From: an uncultured Methanosarcinales archaeon
GTDB taxonomy: Archaea > Nanobdellota > Nanobdellia > Woesearchaeales > CAZYIM01
Reading direction: 5' to 3'
Length of the DNA: 43,094 bases
Assembly (NCBI GenBank): GCA_964647565.1
Contig: CAZYIM010000012.1
Coordinates: 22,414 to 65,507, forward strand
The translations under genes and the position numbers were made by a program. Of this stretch, positions 38,063 through 43,094 are shown piece by piece. Every line of letters starts with the position of its first letter. Position 1 is the first letter of the stretch. The notes beneath the pieces are model-generated. The model was not told the origin of the DNA. It worked only from the letters and a program-made list of their open reading frames with translations, and did not search any database.

Positions 38063-38359
38063 TCAATATTGGCTCTTAATCTCAGCCATAATAATACTCT
38101 GGAGTGCTGTAACCAGTTTCGCCCTTACATTTTCAGGAAGTTTGTTAGAAAGCTCTTTTTTAATCATGTTCTTACATCGCAATATTATTTCCCTTTCTTG
38201 ACTCAAGCCCCCCGCTTTATCAATATAATCAATAATTGCATCCCCCAAGTCAGAAATCAGTTTCTGGCGCCTTATAGGATCTTTGGTTTTGGATAATTCT
38301 GTAGTGAGAACTTCTATTAGTTCAGTAAGTAAAGAATTGATTGATTCTTCTTCAGTCAT
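38063..38359 (-). CDS. Small helical-repeat protein related to the Wzt C-terminal tail
   Basis: 98 aa with GGGGG RBS and TATA upstream; 24-aa periodicity resembling Wzt residues 404-499. Confidence 0.7.
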   Translation of the reverse strand: MTEEESINSLLTELIEVLTTELSKTKDPIRRQKLISDLGDAIIDYIDKAGGLSQEREIILRCKNMIKKELSNKLPENVRAKLVTALQSIIMAEIKSQY

Positions 38360-38392
38360 TTAAAACCCCCAACACAGATAGAAAGAAAGGAT

Positions 38393-38407
38393 TATAAAAA
38401 GGTTTCT
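38393..38407 (-). promoter_or_regulatory. Putative archaeal BRE/TATA promoter
   Basis: Minus strand AGAAACC-TTTTTATA, 34 nt upstream of ATG 38359, with a GGGGG RBS at 38366-38370. Confidence 0.5.
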
Positions 38408-38569
38408 ATTTTAGAGGGGAATCAGGTTTAGTGACAAATATGCTAGATATTAGCATCATTGGCCCAACGAACATCTTATACGTGAGTTTTCTTACCAAAT
38501 GGAAAAAAACAGCCTTGGCTGAAAGTGATTTTGCTGCTGAATAAAATTGTTTATTTTATCAGTTGTATA

Positions 38570-40102
38570 TTAAAAAACAGAATCAGATATAACTGAACGT
38601 TTAATGCTGTCTGAAACCAAATCTTTTAATTCGTTAATTAATCTGGCTTTATGTAAAGCATCAGGAGTGGCATCTATTTGCTGACGGAGTAACTCTTCAA
38701 GTTCTATTTTCATCTTCTTACGATATACGTCATCAATTGCAAAGTCTAATTGGAAATAAAGAAGGTTTTTAACCTCTTCCCTAAGGCGATCTGCATACTT
38801 TTTATTTTTTGCAGTGTTCAATAAGGTTCGAAAGAAACTCTTTAGCTCATTTAATAAATTGTTTCTATAGTCTGAATCTTGAGTTTTAGTAATTTCAAAT
38901 TTGAGCAATCCTTCAATTTCTTGAGTAGATTCATCAAAATCTGTCTTAGGGACTTCATTTTTTATCAATAAAACTAATTCTTGAAAGAATTTTTGTTTTG
39001 AATTTAATAACTCACTCCTTCGTTTCTCCAACTCGCTCAATTGGCACTCTTCCTCCGCCTTTTTTTCACGCTCACCTAAATATTTCAGTTTGTTTTTTAA
39101 AAGTGCGATCTCATTGGTATACTCCAGAATCAGGCTCTCAGTTGATTTCAATTTCTCCTTGATTAATTTTTTCAGATCTTTTATTAAATTAAGTTTTGAA
39201 TCCCTCAGTATCTCTAACTCTCGTTGTATAATCATCAATTCTTCTTGCGGTGGCGGATTAGAAATCTTAATTAATTTATTATATTTTGATTGTAACTCTT
39301 CAATCATTTGTTCCTTTTTAAGTAACTTCTCTTCAAATGATTGCTTATCCTCTAGATATATTTGGCCAAGGTAATGATCAATCACTAATTCTGTTTTCCC
39401 AATCATATCTATAGTACCTCCACTTATGAGTAAAGCTCGATCACAGATTGATTTTACTTCTGGAAGACTATGAGAGACAAAGATTACAGTTTTACCATTT
39501 TTAATAAATTCGAGCATTTTGTTAAGACTCCTCTTCCTAAATGTTTCATCTCCAACAGCCAAAATTTCATCAATTAGAAGTATATCTGGGTCCTGCAGCA
39601 ACGCAGTTGCAAAAGCAAGTCGAACTTCCATGCCAGATGAATAGTTTTTCAGTTTGGTATCAATAAAATTTTCTAATTGAGCAAATTCTACAATCTCTTC
39701 AAATTTTAAATCGATATATTCTTTGGACAGGCCAAGAATGGCACCATAAAGATATATATTCTCCTTGCCTGTGAGCTCAGGATTAAAACCAACTCCTAAC
39801 TCTATAAACGGCATGATCTTACCCACAGTTTTAATTTCTCCAGAAGTAGGTTTAAGAATATTTGCTATGATTTTCAGAAGTGTAGTTTTACCGCTACCAT
39901 TCCTGCCAATCACACCAATGCATTCTCCCTCTTGAATACTAAGATTAATATCATTTAAGACGTGAAACTTTTCTATATCTGAAGAGCCTTTAAAGATGGT
40001 TATCATTTGATCAAGAAGAGTGTCCCTTTTTTCATGGCAGATATTAAAGAACTTATTGATATTCTTTAATTTAATTACTTCCATATTATACCTCTTCTGC
40101 AA
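38570..40102 (-). CDS. wzt: Polysaccharide ABC exporter ATP-binding protein (Wzt/TagH-like) with coiled-coil and helical-repeat C-terminal extension
   Basis: Walker A GRNGSGKTT, GFNPELTGKEN, signature YSSGM, Walker B LLIDE, VSH; then about 260 aa of helical sequence. Confidence 0.92.
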   Translation of the reverse strand: MQKRYNMEVIKLKNINKFFNICHEKRDTLLDQMITIFKGSSDIEKFHVLNDINLSIQEGECIGVIGRNGSGKTTLLKIIANILKPTSGEIKTVGKIMPFIELGVGFNPELTGKENIYLYGAILGLSKEYIDLKFEEIVEFAQLENFIDTKLKNYSSGMEVRLAFATALLQDPDILLIDEILAVGDETFRKRSLNKMLEFIKNGKTVIFVSHSLPEVKSICDRALLISGGTIDMIGKTELVIDHYLGQIYLEDKQSFEEKLLKKEQMIEELQSKYNKLIKISNPPPQEELMIIQRELEILRDSKLNLIKDLKKLIKEKLKSTESLILEYTNEIALLKNKLKYLGEREKKAEEECQLSELEKRRSELLNSKQKFFQELVLLIKNEVPKTDFDESTQEIEGLLKFEITKTQDSDYRNNLLNELKSFFRTLLNTAKNKKYADRLREEVKNLLYFQLDFAIDDVYRKKMKIELEELLRQQIDATPDALHKARLINELKDLVSDSIKRSVISDSVF

Positions 40103-40982
40103 AGTGGGAAGCCCTCTTTTTAAATATTGCGTAGCCTATGATGAACACGCCAATACACATAAGCAAGGTGATACCCAGATGCTTGATGGTCCCAAAGGCA
40201 AATAGGTTTGGCACATGATGAAAAATCAAAGCATCTCTTGAGCCATCAATGATTCTTGCCATGGGATTTAAAAGATAAAATTTAATGTATTTATAGTCGA
40301 TTTGGGTTATGGGATAAATGATGGGGGTTATCCAAAAGCCTATTATCAAAAAGATTTCCCAGATGTGAGATATATCACGATATTTCATATTTAATGCAGA
40401 TAAACCAAAACTGAAACCAAGCACTAAGAATATTAAGTTGATCAGATAGAATAAAAACATGAGTATAGTCCAGGAAAAACTGACTTTGAAAATCACCATA
40501 AAAATGAAAAATACAATCATGTTCAGCCCAAGGGTAAATAACGAGGTCAAACAGGAGCTCAGCACTATAATTCGTTTTGAAAAATTAATTTTTTTCAATA
40601 AATTTTCCTTACTTTTCAAAGAATGCATACTTTCCCTCGTAGCATCTCCAAAGAAATTCCATAAGAGAATACCAAGCAGCAGAAATAACTGATAGTGCTC
40701 TACTTTTAGTTTCATTATGATTGAAAACACAACATAAAGAGTTGCCAGCATTAGTAAAGGAACTAAAAGACTCCACAGATAACCAATCACAGAATTCTTA
40801 TATTTTACCTTAAAATCAGATATAGCCAATTGTTTTATCAGATACCACGAATTACTCGTCCGAAACTCATCCATACCGGCTGTTCTTTCTAAATTAGTTT
40901 CCTCATCGACTGTTTTCCAAGGATTAATATTGTTAAAGCTAGAAAACAGACTGTAAAAAATACCACCCTTACGTTTCTCCAT
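40086..40982 (-). CDS. wzm: Polysaccharide ABC exporter permease (Wzm/TagG-like)
   Basis: DFKVKYKNSVIGYLWSLLVP, YRDI, TPIIYP, LNPM motifs; 6 TM helices; adjacent to wzt. Confidence 0.93.
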   Translation of the reverse strand: MEKRKGGIFYSLFSSFNNINPWKTVDEETNLERTAGMDEFRTSNSWYLIKQLAISDFKVKYKNSVIGYLWSLLVPLLMLATLYVVFSIIMKLKVEHYQLFLLLGILLWNFFGDATRESMHSLKSKENLLKKINFSKRIIVLSSCLTSLFTLGLNMIVFFIFMVIFKVSFSWTILMFLFYLINLIFLVLGFSFGLSALNMKYRDISHIWEIFLIIGFWITPIIYPITQIDYKYIKFYLLNPMARIIDGSRDALIFHHVPNLFAFGTIKHLGITLLMCIGVFIIGYAIFKKRASHFAEEV

Positions 40983-41020
40983 ACTAACACTTTATTAGTG
41001 CATATCCTAAATAAAGTTTT

Positions 41021-42181
41021 CTATACAAGAGAATACAATCGATCCATTTTAGCTGTAACAGTTTCGTTGGAAAACTCCTTAAGAACATGTTTCCTGCCAC
41101 AGATCCCTATTTTATTGGCAAATTCAGGATTTTTAAGAAGCTGGCGTATTTGTCTTGGAAATGATTCGATATTCACAATTATTAACTCTTTATTGGAACG
41201 TGTCTTTAAGCCGCGTGATCCAACTCTTGTCGAAATAACCGGTAATGCACAGGACATGAACTCCAAGGTTTTTAGGCTTGTACCGGTCCCAGAAACCAAT
41301 GGAATAATTGCCAAGTCTGCTGCTTGATAATAAGGAAGAACATCTTTAACAAATCCTGTGTAATATATGTTTTTTTCTTGTTTCTTTTTTGAAACATGAC
41401 CAACAACCACAAACAAAATATCTTTCCTCTTTTCAAATGCAGGGGCTATTTTATCTTCGATAATTCTAAGGGCTTCTTGATTGGGAGGATGTTTTGAGCC
41501 TGCAAATAAAATCAAAGTTTTATTGCCAAATCCAAGCTGGCTCTTAAGCACAGATTTATTTTTAACAGGCACATACTTCTTTACATTGACTGGATTTGGA
41601 ACAATATTAACTATAGAGGGATTAATATCAAAATATTGAGCAAGATTCTGCCTGTCTTCTTGTGAACAGCAAAAAATCAAGTCAGCTTGTCTGACCGCGT
41701 CAGACTCGATTGTTCTCACAATCTTGACAATTGACCTGTCGTTTACCAAAGAACAAGCATTCAAAGTTTGATAGGTCACAGTCTCAATATTGTGTTCAAC
41801 CAACACAATCGGTTTTTCTGGAAAATGCCTTTTAACCCATGAAAAAAGCCAAGGGTGCTCGACTTGGACTACGTCTGCCTGCGACACCTCTACACACATC
41901 ATTTGTGAAGGCCTAATAAACTTAAAAATCATAGGTAAGATAAAATCATAGGAGTATAATCTAAAAAATTTTAACAGAATAACCCCTAAAGTAAACACCA
42001 ACTTAGGCGTCACCTGCTCAGTATAATAGCCATAATCATATTGTTTCTTCTTAATTAACAAAGGAGTGAAAGAAAATTGCATAATCTGATGTTTTGAAAA
42101 ATAATTTAGATTAAAAACCCTGACTGCTCCTCCATGAACAGGATTTGATGCAATATATGCGCAAAAATCAACAATTTTCAT
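41021..42181 (-). CDS. GT4 glycosyltransferase
   Basis: GGAVR, VEHNIE, IVPNPV, LFAGS, GFVKDV, ADLAIIPL, GTSLKTLEFMSCALPVIS. Confidence 0.92.
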   Translation of the reverse strand: MKIVDFCAYIASNPVHGGAVRVFNLNYFSKHQIMQFSFTPLLIKKKQYDYGYYTEQVTPKLVFTLGVILLKFFRLYSYDFILPMIFKFIRPSQMMCVEVSQADVVQVEHPWLFSWVKRHFPEKPIVLVEHNIETVTYQTLNACSLVNDRSIVKIVRTIESDAVRQADLIFCCSQEDRQNLAQYFDINPSIVNIVPNPVNVKKYVPVKNKSVLKSQLGFGNKTLILFAGSKHPPNQEALRIIEDKIAPAFEKRKDILFVVVGHVSKKKQEKNIYYTGFVKDVLPYYQAADLAIIPLVSGTGTSLKTLEFMSCALPVISTRVGSRGLKTRSNKELIIVNIESFPRQIRQLLKNPEFANKIGICGRKHVLKEFSNETVTAKMDRLYSLV

Positions 42182-43094
42182 TTTCTTCAGCGGTTCTGCA
42201 ATGTATTAAAGGATATATCATCATCAACATCATCAAAGGATAATAATAGTAGTTGAACACATGAAAGTTAAACAGTATCAATGCCAGATAGATGAATGAA
42301 AAAAATAAAATGGCATTCTTCTTTGATTGTAATTTAAACAAAGCAAGAATGAAAATCAAAAGGAATAAAATAATCTCAAGAAATAACAGCATATTTGTTT
42401 GTTCCATTAAGAAAAAAAGTGGTGTAAAACTTATCACGGCCAACCCACCCGTATTACCAATAAAATCTTCATAAGCCATATTATAATGGTCGCTTATAGA
42501 TAAAACTGAATTTACATAGTGAACCGGACTGCTTAATACTGGTGGCAAGATACATAAAATTAATGTTAAAATGAAAATCAAAGAGATTATCAGGACTTTT
42601 TTAAGAGGATATCGCTTAAACAAATAAATCAGAAAAAATGGAAGCAAGACAAGCGCAAGCTGTCTTGACGATATCAAAATCGCGAGGAAAATAGCAGTTC
42701 CAAAAATATTATTTTTAGTAAAAAAATAAAGGAAAAGACTGAAAAATAACCAATAGACAGGTACATGTGAAAAACCTATCAGTCTTAGTGTGAATGGAGA
42801 AAGCATGAAAAAGATAAGCAATAAAAAAACTAGCTTGTTGCCATTATGATTCTTATAAGTCTGAATTTGGTATATTCTCCATAATAACATTGATGTAACA
42901 AGAAACCCTAAAACATTGATGATTCTTAAATCCAGGTTGAAAATATGGGCGGGCAGGTATCCAAGCCAAAGTGTGGGAAGCACTTGATGATACTTGATAT
43001 CGTTAGTAAAAAGAATGTTCCTATCATCTGAGTAATCAACAGAAATCTTTTCAAAGGGATCTCCGCCCTCAACCAATACTTTATTTGATCCAGT
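42168..43094 (-). CDS. Multi-pass membrane protein, GT-C/GT87-like (partial, begins beyond window end)
   Basis: Frame open to the window edge (TGSNKVLVEGGDPF...). Many TM helices, SSRQ and YYY motifs; glycan-locus context. Confidence 0.55.
   Translation of the reverse strand, partial: TGSNKVLVEGGDPFEKISVDYSDDRNILFTNDIKYHQVLPTLWLGYLPAHIFNLDLRIINVLGFLVTSMLLWRIYQIQTYKNHNGNKLVFLLLIFFMLSPFTLRLIGFSHVPVYWLFFSLFLYFFTKNNIFGTAIFLAILISSRQLALVLLPFFLIYLFKRYPLKKVLIISLIFILTLILCILPPVLSSPVHYVNSVLSISDHYNMAYEDFIGNTGGLAVISFTPLFFLMEQTNMLLFLEIILFLLIFILALFKLQSKKNAILFFSFIYLALILFNFHVFNYYYYPLMMLMMIYPLIHCRTAEENENC

Noticed and set aside
4570..42474. Numerous short antisense or out-of-frame ORFs in the track (e.g. 4570, 8365, 8544, 12529, 18837, 21518, 26852, 35380, 39090, 40998)
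   Set aside because: They lie within or largely overlap longer motif-bearing genes and have shadow-frame composition.

Overview
AT-rich, gene-dense 43-kb window from a large cell-surface glycan biosynthesis/modification island. It is most likely archaeal (DPANN/Woesearchaeota-like), inferred from TATA-type boxes about 22-28 nt before start codons and GGGGG(T) ribosome-binding sites. It encodes four alkaline-phosphatase-superfamily (sulfatase-like) proteins, four GT2 and one GT4 glycosyltransferases, five GT-C-like membrane proteins, a Wzx flippase, a Wzm/Wzt exporter with a split Wzt, a GH5-like lipoprotein and two methyltransferases (one PRMT-like). It also holds 12 intact radical SAM enzymes (4 B12-binding, 8 SPASM/Twitch) plus one truncated remnant. 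The most notable feature is a RiPP-type cassette at 7966-11831: HprK-like kinase, PqqD/RRE, an unannotated 29-35 aa precursor-like peptide (9092-9199, minus strand, MKKKYEKPEIK...), cytoplasmic S26 peptidase, radical SAM and nucleotidyltransferase. No lasso cyclase is present in the window. Other oddities: a 46-bp direct repeat flanking a 93-bp hairpin-rich insert, a 24-aa helical repeat shared by Wzt and its neighbour, a GT2 with a very long coiled coil, and a probable ATA start codon. All calls come from reading motifs by eye; no database searches were run.
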